From positions 960,001 through 1,024,000 of the forward strand of contig CAWGVS010000005.1 of NCBI GenBank assembly GCA_963826115.1: a stretch of 64,000 bases of DNA, read 5' to 3'. The notes under the pieces were generated by a model. That model saw only the letters and a program-made list of their open reading frames with translations. It had not been told where the DNA came from and did not search any database. Both the position numbers and the translations under genes were made by a program. This document shows positions 1 through 9,178 of the stretch, piece after piece (the stretch's first letter is position 1; each line of letters starts with the position of its first letter). The DNA is from an uncultured Candidatus Rokubacteria bacterium. GTDB lineage: Bacteria > Methylomirabilota > Methylomirabilia > Rokubacteriales > DASRDR01.

Positions 1-2371
1 TCTGGGGGTACTTGAGGTCGGGGTACATCGACGGGAGGTTCGCGTGCTCCGGCGCCTTGCCGCCGCGCTCGAGCTTCACCGCCTCCGAGAGCCCCACCGT
101 CTCGAAGATCTCGCGCGAGTGGTCGATCTCGGTCACGCCAGCGGGCGAGGCGAGCTTCTCGCGGCGGCCCGTCTTCTGGAGCTTGACGCGCACGCCGAGC
201 CACCGGGGCCCGCCCGACGACGCGGTCGCGTCCCCCGGCAGGAGTCCGTACGGGCTCTGACCGACGCCTCGCGCGAAGCGCCCGTACGCCGTGTGACCGA
301 GCCCGGTCGGCATCGCCACCGTCCCGGGGGCCAGCGTGTCGGACACGTACGCCGGGGCCTCCACCGCCCCGTGGGGCGACTCCACCTTCAGCACGTCCCC
401 GTTCTGGACACCGAGGGACTGCGCCGTGGCCGCCGGGACCTCGACCCAGCTCGCGTAGACCACCTGGGTCATCGGGTCGGGCGCCTCGTGGAGCCACACC
501 TTGTTCGCGCCGCGCCCGTCGAGGTAGCGCGAGGACGGCACGACGAGGAGGACGGGATCGCCGGCGCCGCCGTCGAGCGTCGCCGCCTGGCCCGACACCT
601 TCACGCCCGAACGGAGCGCGACCTTCGCGGCCGGCACGTCCGTCCAGTACCCGCCACGGCGCAGCGCCGCCTCCCAGAACTCGTCCCACCCCGTCTTCGG
701 GGCTGCGGTCTTGGCCATCGCGCGCCACGCGTCGCGGAGGTAGTCGGCGAACGTCTTCGCCTGGAAGACCGTCTTCTCCGAGCCGGGGACCAGGGCGCGG
801 CCCACGTCGAGGAGGAGGTCGCCGGTCGCCTTGGTGTCGACCCCGGGGAACGTCTCGGGCGCCTTCTTGCCCAGCGCATCGCGGACCGCGTGGAGCTGCG
901 GGAGGTCGAGGGCGTCGAGGTTCGTCGGTCCGACCTTCGGCACCGGCCCCATCGACGGCTGGATGAGCCCGACGACGCCGTCGCGCGGCGAGTAGTCGCC
1001 CCACGACTCGAGCGGGGTGAGGTCGGGGATGACGAGGTGCGCCCGGGCGGTGGTCTCGTCCATGTGGCTCGACAGGCTCACGACGAACGGGACCTTCGCG
1101 AGCGCCTCCGCGAAACCGGCCTTCGCCGGCAGCGTGAAGGCGGGGTTCGCGTCCTTCACGATGAGGACGGCGATCTCGCCCCGCGCCATGGCCTGCGTGA
1201 GCGCGACCACGTCCGCGTACCGGCTGGCCCGGGCCAGGGTCGATCCCGGCCCGAAGCGGACCGTCCGTCCCACGTTCCCGAGCGCGTAGTTCAGGAGATT
1301 CACCGCCACTGCCGCCTCGGCGCCGCTCCCGCCGCTCGACGCGACTCCGCCCGCGAGGACGAGGCTCGGCGCGCCCTTGACCAGCGTCTCGGCGAGGTGC
1401 TTCAGCTTGGCTGCCGGCACGCCGCTCTGCTTGGCGACGGCCTCCACCTCGACGGAGCGGGCGGCCGCGGTCAGGGCCTCGAGCTCCTTCGCCGGGAGCG
1501 CCGGCACCTGACGCGCCTCCAGGACCAGCCGGAGGAGGGCGAGCGCGATCGCCGCCTCGCTGCCCGGGAGGCTCATCACCCACTCGTCCGCGTTGGCCGC
1601 CGTCATCGAGTACCGCGGCTCGACGTGGATGACGCGCGCGGCGTGCTCGTCGCGAAGGGCGTGCGCCCGCCGGAACGCGCCCGCGTAGCCGACCGGCGAG
1701 ATCCACGTCTCGAGGAAGTCCGCGCCCAGGGACAGGATCGTCTTCGCGTCCTCGAAGGCGTGGTACGGGATGGCGTCGACGCCGAAGACCGTCTGGCTCG
1801 CCGCTCGGAGGTCCTCGTGGGCGAAGGTCTCGTAGGCGACGCGCGGCCGCCCGCCCACCGTCTTGAGCCACTCGTCGGCCAGGCGCCCGAGGCTGCCCGT
1901 CTCGAGCCGCGTGATCATCGCCACCCGGCCCGCGCCGGCCTGCTTCGCCGCCGCGAGCTTGTCGACGAGGAGCTTCTGCGCGTCGGCGACCGCCAGCGCC
2001 TTCCAGGCCTCGCCCTCGCGGACCCGCGGCGCCGGGATGCGATCGGGGTCGTAGGTCGAGAGGAGGCTCGCCTGCCCCGAGGCGCAGAGGGCGCCCCGGT
2101 TCACGGGATGCTCCGGGTTGCCCTCGAGCTTGACGATGCGGCCCTCGCGGCTCTTCGCCAGGACGCCGCAGCCCGCCGGGCACTCCCGGCAGACCGTCGC
2201 GAACCAGGTCGCCACGCCGGGCACCAGGTGCTCGGGCGGGATGACGTACGGCAGGATCGCCTCGGTCGTCTTGCCGCAGCCCGCCGCGGCGGCGGCCGCG
2301 CCGCTCACCCCGACGATCCGGAAGAAGCCCCGGCGGTCCATCCCGTCTCCCCCGCGCCGTCCGTCCGCCAT
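1..2371 (-). CDS. actB: Alternative complex III / Qrc subunit B (molybdopterin-oxidoreductase-like Fe-S protein); 3' end truncated by window
   Basis: Manual translation: MADGRRGGDGMDRRGFFRIVG..AAAGC (Tat signal plus lipobox), CRECPAGC..KLEGNPEHPVNRGALCASGQ. The frame is still open at position 2 (SMYPDLKYPQ, the linker to the ferredoxin domain). Directly downstream of the pentaheme cytochrome. Confidence 0.85.
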   Translation of the reverse strand, partial: MADGRRGGDGMDRRGFFRIVGVSGAAAAAAGCGKTTEAILPYVIPPEHLVPGVATWFATVCRECPAGCGVLAKSREGRIVKLEGNPEHPVNRGALCASGQASLLSTYDPDRIPAPRVREGEAWKALAVADAQKLLVDKLAAAKQAGAGRVAMITRLETGSLGRLADEWLKTVGGRPRVAYETFAHEDLRAASQTVFGVDAIPYHAFEDAKTILSLGADFLETWISPVGYAGAFRRAHALRDEHAARVIHVEPRYSMTAANADEWVMSLPGSEAAIALALLRLVLEARQVPALPAKELEALTAAARSVEVEAVAKQSGVPAAKLKHLAETLVKGAPSLVLAGGVASSGGSGAEAAVAVNLLNYALGNVGRTVRFGPGSTLARASRYADVVALTQAMARGEIAVLIVKDANPAFTLPAKAGFAEALAKVPFVVSLSSHMDETTARAHLVIPDLTPLESWGDYSPRDGVVGLIQPSMGPVPKVGPTNLDALDLPQLHAVRDALGKKAPETFPGVDTKATGDLLLDVGRALVPGSEKTVFQAKTFADYLRDAWRAMAKTAAPKTGWDEFWEAALRRGGYWTDVPAAKVALRSGVKVSGQAATLDGGAGDPVLLVVPSSRYLDGRGANKVWLHEAPDPMTQVVYASWVEVPAATAQSLGVQNGDVLKVESPHGAVEAPAYVSDTLAPGTVAMPTGLGHTAYGRFARGVGQSPYGLLPGDATASSGGPRWLGVRVKLQKTGRREKLASPAGVTEIDHSREIFETVGLSEAVKLERGGKAPEHANLPSMYPDLKYPQ

Positions 2372-2382
2372 CCCCTGCTCCG

Positions 2383-2919
2383 TCAGTGGTGGCACGTCAC
2401 GCACTCGAGCGGGCCCTTGCGCTCGGCGTGGCACGACACGCACCAGCCCATCGTGAGGGGAGCCACCTGCGCGACCTCGGTCATCCCCTGCACCTCGCCG
2501 TGGCACTGCTGGCACGCCAGGCCCGTCTGCACGTGGCGCTTGTGGGGAAAGTACACGAAGCCGGCGACCTTGTGAACGCGCACCCACTCCACGGGCTTGC
2601 CGTCCTTCCAGAGGGCGCGCAGCTTCTCGACCTCCTTCTGGAGCTCCGCGTCCTTGGAGGCGACGATCTGGTGGCAGCCCATGCACCGCTTCACCGACGG
2701 GATCCCGGCGAAGGTCGAGCGCCGGGCGTCCGCGTGGCAGTACTGGCAGTCGATCTTGAAGTCCCCGGCGTGGATCTTGTGGCTGAAGAGGATCGGCTGC
2801 TTGACGGGCGCCGCGATGGGCGCCTGCGCCTCGGCGGGCGCGAAGGCGATGGCTTGCAGGAGCGTCGCGGCGATGGAGACGGTCAGGCCGGCGAGCACTT
2901 CTCGCACGCGGACCTGCAT
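2383..2919 (-). CDS. actA: Pentaheme cytochrome c (ActA/QrcA-like, cytochrome c3/c7 family)
   Basis: Five CxxCH motifs (CQYCH, CMGCH, CQQCH, CVSCH, CVTCH), QPILFSHKIHAG, N-terminal hydrophobic segment. Confidence 0.9.
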   Translation of the reverse strand: MQVRVREVLAGLTVSIAATLLQAIAFAPAEAQAPIAAPVKQPILFSHKIHAGDFKIDCQYCHADARRSTFAGIPSVKRCMGCHQIVASKDAELQKEVEKLRALWKDGKPVEWVRVHKVAGFVYFPHKRHVQTGLACQQCHGEVQGMTEVAQVAPLTMGWCVSCHAERKGPLECVTCHH

Positions 2920-3017
2920 CCGCCCCGTCCTCGTCTGGCTCGGCCTCAGCCGGTAACGCCCGCGCCCGGTCAGGGCGGGCTAAGAAGGCAAGTACGCTCT
3001 TTCACAAGGGCACGCGG

Positions 3018-3046
3018 ATGATAGCAGCGGCCTCCGGACCCGTCAA
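3018..3046 (-). promoter_or_regulatory. Sigma70-like promoter for the actAB operon
   Basis: TTGACG-N17-TATCAT with a TG extended -10 on the minus strand. Confidence 0.6.
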
Positions 3047-3546
3047 CGGCTTTCTGCCCGGGCGGTCGCCTCGCCCACGACGAGCGGGACCTCGACGAAG
3101 TCCTGGCGGTCCGCGCTGAACCGGTGGGCGCGCGTCTCCGCCACGCGGCCCTCGGTCACCGCGACCACGACGTAGGTCGCCTGCGGGTACGCGGGCGCGC
3201 CGTCGACCATCGCGTTCCGGCGGTCGGTCTCGGAGAAGTACGCGCCGACGTCGACGTGCGAGTGATAGATCGCCCGCACGTCGAAGCCCTCGCCTTCCCG
3301 CCGGCCGATCTCGAGGAGATCCGCGTGAGCGATGTAGTACGCGGTGCGCGAGGTCCGCGGGAAGCGCTCGGGGTCCTTCGCGTGCAGCTCGTCCTGGATG
3401 TTCCGGCAGGCGAGGAGCCGCCGCTCGTCGGCCTGGCCCGAGGCGCCCGGCCGGACCAGCAGGACGCCGCAGCACTCCGCGGGGTAGTCCGCGCGGGCGT
3501 GCCGCTCGATCGTCTCGAGCTCGGCCGGGGTGAGGAGAGGCCTCAC
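3043..3546 (-). CDS. mec: JAMM/MPN+ (Mov34) metalloprotease, Mec-like
   Basis: YPAECCG ... YHSHVDVGAYFSETD JAMM motif; adjacent to a ubiquitin-like sulfur carrier. Confidence 0.85.
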   Translation of the reverse strand: MRPLLTPAELETIERHARADYPAECCGVLLVRPGASGQADERRLLACRNIQDELHAKDPERFPRTSRTAYYIAHADLLEIGRREGEGFDVRAIYHSHVDVGAYFSETDRRNAMVDGAPAYPQATYVVVAVTEGRVAETRAHRFSADRQDFVEVPLVVGEATARAESR

Positions 3547-3821
3547 GCGCCGCCCGCGAGGGCCGGGATGATCGACACCTCGTCCCCGGCCTTGAGCGGC
3601 GTGGCCGGGCCCTGCAGCGCGCCGATCTCCTCCCCGTTCACGTACAGGTTCACGTGGTGGTGCAGCTGCCCGGTCGCGTCGCGCACCAGGCCGCGGAGGC
3701 CCTCGAAGCGCTCCTCCAGGGTATCCAGGAGCTCCTTGACGTCGGCGGCGTCCACCTCGACGCGCGCCGCGTTCCCCGTTGCCCGCCGGAATGGTGTCGG
3801 GATGTACACGCTCACTGCCAT
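3543..3821 (-). CDS. MoaD/ThiS/CysO-family sulfur carrier protein
   Basis: 92 aa beta-grasp pattern VYIPTPFR..NLYVNGE..GDEVSIIPALAGGA; GG followed by one extra Ala. Confidence 0.9.
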   Translation of the reverse strand: MAVSVYIPTPFRRATGNAARVEVDAADVKELLDTLEERFEGLRGLVRDATGQLHHHVNLYVNGEEIGALQGPATPLKAGDEVSIIPALAGGA

Positions 3822-3843
3822 GGCTCTGTCTCCTCCGGGTTCC

Positions 3844-4782
3844 CTAGCGTTCCGCGCCCTCGAGCGGGACGCTCAGGTACCGCTCGCCGGTGTCGCAGAG
3901 GACCGTCACGACCGTCCGCCCGGCGCCGAGCCGCTCGGCGACGCCGAGGGCCGCCCACACGTTCGCGCCGGCCGAGACGCCCACGAGGAGCCCCTCCTCG
4001 CGCGCCAGCCGGAGCGACATGGCCATCGCATCCTCGTCCTTCACCTGGACGATCTCGTCGACCACCGAGCGGTTGAAGATCCCGGGCACGAACGAGGCGC
4101 CGATGCCCTGGATCCCGTGGACGCCGAACTTCCCGCCCGAGAGCACGGGCGAGCGGGCCGGCTCCACCGCGACGATGCGGATCCGCGGAATCCGCTCGCG
4201 CAGGACCTCCCCGACCCCGGTGATCGTCCCGCCGGTGCCGACGCCCGCCACGAAGCCGTCCACCTTCCCGCCGGTGGCCTCCAGGATCTCGAGGGCCGTC
4301 GTGCGGCGGTGGGCGTCCGGGTTCGCCGGGTTCTCGAACTGCTGCAGCATCACGTAGTCGGGGTGCGTCCGGCAGAGCTCCTGCGCCGCGAAGACCGCCC
4401 CCGTCATCCCCTCGATCGCCGGCGTGAGGACGAGCTCCGCGCCGAGCCGCGCCAGGAGGCGCCGCCGCTCGAGGCTCATGTCCTCGGGCATCGTCAGGAT
4501 GAGGCGGTACCCCTTGACCGCCGAGACCAGCGCCAGGCCGATCCCGGTGTTCCCGCTGGTCGGCTCGACGAGGGTCGACCCGGCCCGGAGGACCCCGCGG
4601 CGCTCCGCGTCCTCGATCATGGCCCGTGCGATCCGGTCCTTGACGCTGCCGCCGGGGTTCTGGGACTCGACCTTGGCCAGGACCGTGGCGCTTCCCGCCG
4701 CGGGGACCCGGTTCAGCCGGACCAGCGGCGTGTTGCCGATCAGATCGAGCACGCTCTCCGCCACCCGCGATCGCCCGGCCAT
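3844..4782 (-). CDS. cysK: Cysteine synthase A (O-acetylserine sulfhydrylase)
   Basis: IGNTPLV, NPGGSVKDRIA (PLP lysine), EPTSGNTG, GVGTGGT, HGIQGIG, DTGERYLS. Confidence 0.95.
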   Translation of the reverse strand: MAGRSRVAESVLDLIGNTPLVRLNRVPAAGSATVLAKVESQNPGGSVKDRIARAMIEDAERRGVLRAGSTLVEPTSGNTGIGLALVSAVKGYRLILTMPEDMSLERRRLLARLGAELVLTPAIEGMTGAVFAAQELCRTHPDYVMLQQFENPANPDAHRRTTALEILEATGGKVDGFVAGVGTGGTITGVGEVLRERIPRIRIVAVEPARSPVLSGGKFGVHGIQGIGASFVPGIFNRSVVDEIVQVKDEDAMAMSLRLAREEGLLVGVSAGANVWAALGVAERLGAGRTVVTVLCDTGERYLSVPLEGAER

Positions 4783-4807
4783 GCGCGTCCCCCCGCGGCT
4801 CACCGAC

Positions 4808-5254
4808 TCAGATGTGATAGATCGTGCGTCCGGGCGAGCGGCGCGCCTTGACCTGCTCCGCGAGGTCGCCGAACGTCGTGCGGTCGATCACCGCGGCCAC
4901 CGCCCCCGCGATCTCCCGCCAGAGCGGCGCCAGGTCGGACGCGCCCGCGTCGCTCGTCTTGCTCGGATGACGGCCCGCGACGTCCAGCGCGGTGACGCGC
5001 CCCTCGACGGCCCGCAGGACCTCCCCCACCGAGATCCCCGCCGGCGGCCGCACCAGCTGGTATCCGCCCGCGGAGCCGCGCTTGGACTCGAGCAGGCCCG
5101 CGCGCTTCAGGAGGAGGAGGACCTGCTCCAGGTAGCGCTGGGGGATGCCCTGGCGGCGGGCCACCTCCTGGATGGGTACGAGGCCCTCGCCGTGGTGGAC
5201 GGCGAGGTCGAGGAGGGCCCGGATCGCGTACTCACCCTTCGCCGAAATTCGCAT
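4808..5254 (-). CDS. cymR: Rrf2-family regulator, CymR-like
   Basis: Rrf2 wHTH (KGEYAIRAL..YLEQV..SKRGSAGGY); no Fe-S cysteines; C-terminus IYHI resembles the CysK-docking tail of CymR; directly upstream of cysK. Confidence 0.8.
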   Translation of the reverse strand: MRISAKGEYAIRALLDLAVHHGEGLVPIQEVARRQGIPQRYLEQVLLLLKRAGLLESKRGSAGGYQLVRPPAGISVGEVLRAVEGRVTALDVAGRHPSKTSDAGASDLAPLWREIAGAVAAVIDRTTFGDLAEQVKARRSPGRTIYHI

Positions 5255-5300
5255 ATCCGGTCAAGAATGGAGTGTACCGACCGGATCTGGGGAGCGTCAA
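5255..5300 (-). promoter_or_regulatory. Promoter of the cymR-cysK operon overlapped by an inverted-repeat operator
   Basis: TTGACG(5300-5295)-N18-TACACT(5276-5271); ATCCGGTC(5255-5262)-N16-GACCGGAT(5279-5286) flanks the -10. Confidence 0.6.
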
Positions 5301-5342
5301 GGACGGGGCGGACGTCTCCGGCCGCCGTCGCGGCGAGGCCCG

Positions 5343-6221
5343 TCAGTCGTTCCGGAGGCGGGGGTTCAGCATGTCCTGGAGGCCGTCACCCAGGAAGTTG
5401 AACCCGAGGACGACCGACAGGATCGCGAGTCCCGGAAAGGTCGCCGCCCACCAGTACTCGAACTTGCTCTGGCCGGCCGCGATCATCGCGCCCCACTCCG
5501 GGGCGGGCGGGATCGCGCCGAGCCCGATGAACGACAGGGCGGCGGTCAGGACGATCGCGTTCCCGATGTCGAGGGTCCCCTTGACCACGATCGGCGGGAA
5601 CGCGTTCGGGAGGATGTGGGTCAGGACGACGCGCGACCCTGTCGCTCCGAGCGCCCGCGCCGCGACCACGTAGTCGTTCTCCTTGATCGACAGGACTTGT
5701 GCGCGCATCAGACGGCTGAACTCCGGCCACGAGACCAGGAGGATGGCGAACATCGCGTTGCGGAGCCCGGCACCGAGGCTCGCCGTGATCGCCATGGCCA
5801 GCACGATCGGCGGGAATGCCAGGACGACGTCCACGACGCGCATGAGGACCTCGTCGACGCGGCCGCCGGCGTAGCCGGCGACCGCCCCGACACTCGCGCC
5901 GAAGAGACTCGCCAGCACGATCACCACGAAGGCGACTGGGATCGTGACCCGCGCCCCGTACAGGACCCGGGAGAAATTGTCCCGGCCCGCCTCATCGGTG
6001 CCGAACAGGTGGCCCGCCTGGGGAGGCTCCAGCCGGCTCATGACGTCGAGATCCGTCGGACTGTGCGGGGCGAGCCACGGCACGAACGCCGCCACGAATG
6101 CCCACAGGCCGACGACGATGACGCCCACGATGAGCGCCGTGTTCCGGCGTCTGCGCGTCCGGGGCGCCTCGCGGGCGAGGAGGAGGAGCTGGGAGTCGGC
6201 GACCGGCTGGGCGGCAGGCAT
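5343..6221 (-). CDS. dppC: Dpp/Opp ABC transporter permease (DppC-like)
   Basis: HLFGTDEAGRDNFSR, EAA-like loop YVVAARALGA, LSFIGLG..PEWG, NFLGDGL. Confidence 0.9.
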   Translation of the reverse strand: MPAAQPVADSQLLLLAREAPRTRRRRNTALIVGVIVVGLWAFVAAFVPWLAPHSPTDLDVMSRLEPPQAGHLFGTDEAGRDNFSRVLYGARVTIPVAFVVIVLASLFGASVGAVAGYAGGRVDEVLMRVVDVVLAFPPIVLAMAITASLGAGLRNAMFAILLVSWPEFSRLMRAQVLSIKENDYVVAARALGATGSRVVLTHILPNAFPPIVVKGTLDIGNAIVLTAALSFIGLGAIPPAPEWGAMIAAGQSKFEYWWAATFPGLAILSVVLGFNFLGDGLQDMLNPRLRND

Positions 6222-6230
6222 CCCGGTCGT

Positions 6231-7247
6231 CTATCGAACCCGGATGCGGGGATCCAGCACCCCGTAGATCAGGTCGACGATGAGATTGACGACGATGTAG
6301 ATCACGGCGGTCAGCATCGTCACGCCCAGGATCGCCGGATAGTCGAGTCGCGTCGAGGCGGTCACGGCGTAGCGTCCGATCCCCGGCCACGCGAAGACCG
6401 TCTCGGTCAGCACGGCCCCCGACAGCAGGCTCGCGAAGGTCAGGCCGATCACGGTCACCACCGGGATCAGGGCATTCCGCAGAGCGTGGAATCCGACCAC
6501 GAAGCCTTCTCGGAGCCCCTTCGACCGAGCGGTGCGAACGTAATCGGCCGCCAGCACCTCGAGCAAGGAGGATCGGGTGGTCCGGGCGATCAGCCCCATG
6601 ATGAACCATCCGAGCACGAGGGCCGGAAGGACGAGGTGGCGGACGGCCGCACCGAACAGCTCCCAGTCCCCGATGACGAGGCTGTCCACGAGCAGGAACC
6701 CGGTGGTGCGGGGCGGCATCGTTTGGTGACTGTCGAGTCGCCCGGGTCCCGGCGCGAGCTCGAGCCGGTAGTAGAAGACGTACAGGGCGATCAGGCCCGT
6801 CCAGAAGATTGGCGATGCGGATCCCACCAGGGACACGGCGCGGGCGACGTGGTCGGCCAGGTGGTTGTGGCGCACGGCGGCCCACACCCCCAGCGGCACG
6901 CCGACGCAGATCGCCACGGCGAGGGCGGCAAACGAGAGCTCGATGGTCGCCGGAAGGAACTGCCTCAAGTCCTGAAGGACCGGGCGGCGCGTCGTGAAGG
7001 ACTCCCCGAGATCCCCGTGCAGCACGTTGGTCAGGTAGGTGACGAACTGCTCGGGCAAGGACCGATCGAGGCCCCAGCGCTTGATGAACGCGGCGCGGAT
7101 CGTGGGGTCCTTCGTGGCCTGTTCCGAGAGCACCATGGCGAGCGGGTCGGCGGGCACGCTGTGGGCGACGAGAAACGCGGTGAGGATGACGCCGAACAGG
7201 GCGATGACGGCGAGGATCAGCCGGCGCCCGAGATAGGTCAGCAGCAT
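6231..7247 (-). CDS. dppB: Dpp/Opp ABC transporter permease (DppB-like)
   Basis: GDLGESF, LPATIEL, DYVRTARSKGL, HALRNAL, ETVFAWPGIG, LDPRIR. Confidence 0.9.
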   Translation of the reverse strand: MLLTYLGRRLILAVIALFGVILTAFLVAHSVPADPLAMVLSEQATKDPTIRAAFIKRWGLDRSLPEQFVTYLTNVLHGDLGESFTTRRPVLQDLRQFLPATIELSFAALAVAICVGVPLGVWAAVRHNHLADHVARAVSLVGSASPIFWTGLIALYVFYYRLELAPGPGRLDSHQTMPPRTTGFLLVDSLVIGDWELFGAAVRHLVLPALVLGWFIMGLIARTTRSSLLEVLAADYVRTARSKGLREGFVVGFHALRNALIPVVTVIGLTFASLLSGAVLTETVFAWPGIGRYAVTASTRLDYPAILGVTMLTAVIYIVVNLIVDLIYGVLDPRIRVR

Positions 7248-7251
7248 GGCA

Positions 7252-7298
7252 GCGGCTTGCCGGGGGCGCCCCCGGCGGCAGGACCCCCGGCAAGCCGC
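7252..7298. repeat. 15-bp perfect inverted repeat between the binding-protein and permease genes
   Basis: GCGGCTTGCCGGGGG (7252-7266) / CCCCCGGCAAGCCGC (7284-7298). Confidence 0.8.
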
Positions 7299-7310
7299 GT
7301 CACGTGGTCG

Positions 7311-8900
7311 TTACCGGCTCAGGTTCGCGACGGTGACCCACCAGATCGGGTGGATGGCGTAGCCCTTGATCGCGGGATTCACCCCGACGAAGTTCTTGGG
7401 CTGGATCAGCATGATCTCCGGAACGTCCTCGAGCGCGATCTTGTTCATCTCCATGTACAGCGCCTCGCGCTTCTTGACGTCCTGCTCCTTCTTCGCGGTC
7501 GCGATGATGTCGTTGATCTTCGGGTTCGAGTACTTCACCCGCTTCGGCACCGGTCCGGCGCCGTAGAAGGCGTCAGCGTACGGGTCGGGGTCGAGGTAGT
7601 CCGGCGACCACGAGGCCAGCATGAGCTGGATCTTGCCGGCCCGGTACTCGGCGATCGCCACCGAGCGCTCCTTCGCGTCGAGCGTGACCTTGATGCCGGC
7701 CTGCGCCAGGTCGGCCTGGAGCTTGGCGGCCAGCGGCTCGGAGGGCACGCCGAGGAGCGGCGCGGTCCAGTACATGAGCTTCAGCTCGATGCCGTTCGGG
7801 TACCCGGCCTCGGTGAGAAGCTGCTTCGCCTTCGCCACGTCGCGCTTGCGCGCCAGCGTCTTGTCGCCGCCGAGGATCCCGAGCGGGATCATGGTCGAGG
7901 GCCGTTCCCCCGCGCCACGCACGATGCCCTTGATGATCCCATCGTAGTCGATCGCGTAGGCGACCGCCTGGCGGACCCGCTTGTCGCCGAGCTCCTTGCT
8001 CTGCTCGGCGCTGTTGGTCACGCCCAGGTACACCTGGTTCATCGACAGGCCCTCGAGCACCTTGATCTTCGGGCCCTGGGTGATCTTGTTCACGATGTCG
8101 ACGTCGAAGTCGTGGGCGATATCCGCGTCGCCCCGCTCGATCATCTCGCGCTGGGTCGTGCCGTTCGGGACGTGCTTGAAGATGATCTTCGCGAAGTAGG
8201 GCTTCTTGCCCCAGTAGTTCGGATTCCGCTCGAGCACCGCCTCGACGTTCTTCGTGAACGCCACCAGCTTGTACGGGCCGGAGCCCTCGGACTGGTTGTT
8301 CAGGTGCTCGGTGGCCTTGTCCTTGTCCTTCGCGTCGTCGGCGTCCGTGCCGCCCTTCGCCATGATCACCTTCGAGTCCGCGGTGCCGCACGGCACGGCC
8401 GCGAGCGCGGCGAGGAACGAGGCGTCGGGTGCCGCCAGGACGATCCGGATGGTCAGGTCGTCGACCACCTGGATGTCCTTGACCGGGTCCATGAAGAAGG
8501 ACGGGTTGTCCTTCAGGTTCTTGAGGCGGCGGAGCGAGAACCGCACGTCGTTCGCCGTCAGCGGGTTGCCGGAGGTGAACTTCACCCCGGGACGAATCTT
8601 GAACGTGTACGTCGTCCCGTCGGGCGACACGGTCCAGGAGCTCGCCAGCCGCGGCTGGATCTTCGTGAAGTCCGGCGCGTCCACCGTGACGAGCGTGTCG
8701 TATGCGGCGGTGTCCAGGATCTGCGAGGTGTACTCGTAGGTCCGGTGGACGTCGTTGGTGACGTAGTCGTCGATGTTCCGGGCGATGATGAGCGTCTCCT
8801 GCCGGCTTTGGGCCTGGACGGGACCGCCCAGGGCGACCAGGACCGCGAGGGCCGCGGCCCCGAGGGCCAGGACCTTCGTGATTGTTCGCGTGCTGCGCAT
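7311..8900 (-). CDS. dppA: ABC transporter substrate-binding protein, family 5 (DppA-like)
   Basis: Signal peptide ending AQA, YDTLV, LASSWTVSPDGTTYTFKIRPGVKF, GSGPYKL, RVRQAVAYAID; GGAGG RBS before ATG 8900. Confidence 0.9.
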   Translation of the reverse strand: MRSTRTITKVLALGAAALAVLVALGGPVQAQSRQETLIIARNIDDYVTNDVHRTYEYTSQILDTAAYDTLVTVDAPDFTKIQPRLASSWTVSPDGTTYTFKIRPGVKFTSGNPLTANDVRFSLRRLKNLKDNPSFFMDPVKDIQVVDDLTIRIVLAAPDASFLAALAAVPCGTADSKVIMAKGGTDADDAKDKDKATEHLNNQSEGSGPYKLVAFTKNVEAVLERNPNYWGKKPYFAKIIFKHVPNGTTQREMIERGDADIAHDFDVDIVNKITQGPKIKVLEGLSMNQVYLGVTNSAEQSKELGDKRVRQAVAYAIDYDGIIKGIVRGAGERPSTMIPLGILGGDKTLARKRDVAKAKQLLTEAGYPNGIELKLMYWTAPLLGVPSEPLAAKLQADLAQAGIKVTLDAKERSVAIAEYRAGKIQLMLASWSPDYLDPDPYADAFYGAGPVPKRVKYSNPKINDIIATAKKEQDVKKREALYMEMNKIALEDVPEIMLIQPKNFVGVNPAIKGYAIHPIWWVTVANLSR

Positions 8901-8947
8901 CGTAGGATCTCCTCCGGGTGAAGGTTGGACGGCCAGAGCGGCGCCCG

Positions 8948-9178
8948 TCACGAGTTCGGGCGCACCACCAGGGTCTCGGTGACCGTCACGCCGTCGATGG
9001 CCCGGATGCGGCCCACCACCTCGGAGGCCGCGTGCAGGTCCAGGGAGCGGATGAGCGCCACCATGTCATAGCGGCCAAACAGCTGGTACACGTAGGAGAG
9101 CCCCTCGATCTTGCGGAGGGCATCGAGCACCTCCGTCTCCTGCTGGGGCCGGCACCGGATCAGAACGCCCGCGACCAT
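8948..9178 (-). CDS. Stand-alone Lrp/AsnC ligand-binding (RAM) domain protein
   Basis: 76 aa, LFGRYDMVALI..IRAIDGVTVTET, no HTH; AAGGAGG RBS. Confidence 0.8.
   Translation of the reverse strand: MVAGVLIRCRPQQETEVLDALRKIEGLSYVYQLFGRYDMVALIRSLDLHAASEVVGRIRAIDGVTVTETLVVRPNS

Noticed and set aside
44-2575. 843-aa plus-strand ORF, and similar long ORFs (5145-8921, 19075-21747, 53517-56093, 59609-63058)
   Set aside because: Arg/Gly/Pro-rich shadow frames of real genes, expected at this GC content; no recognisable motifs.
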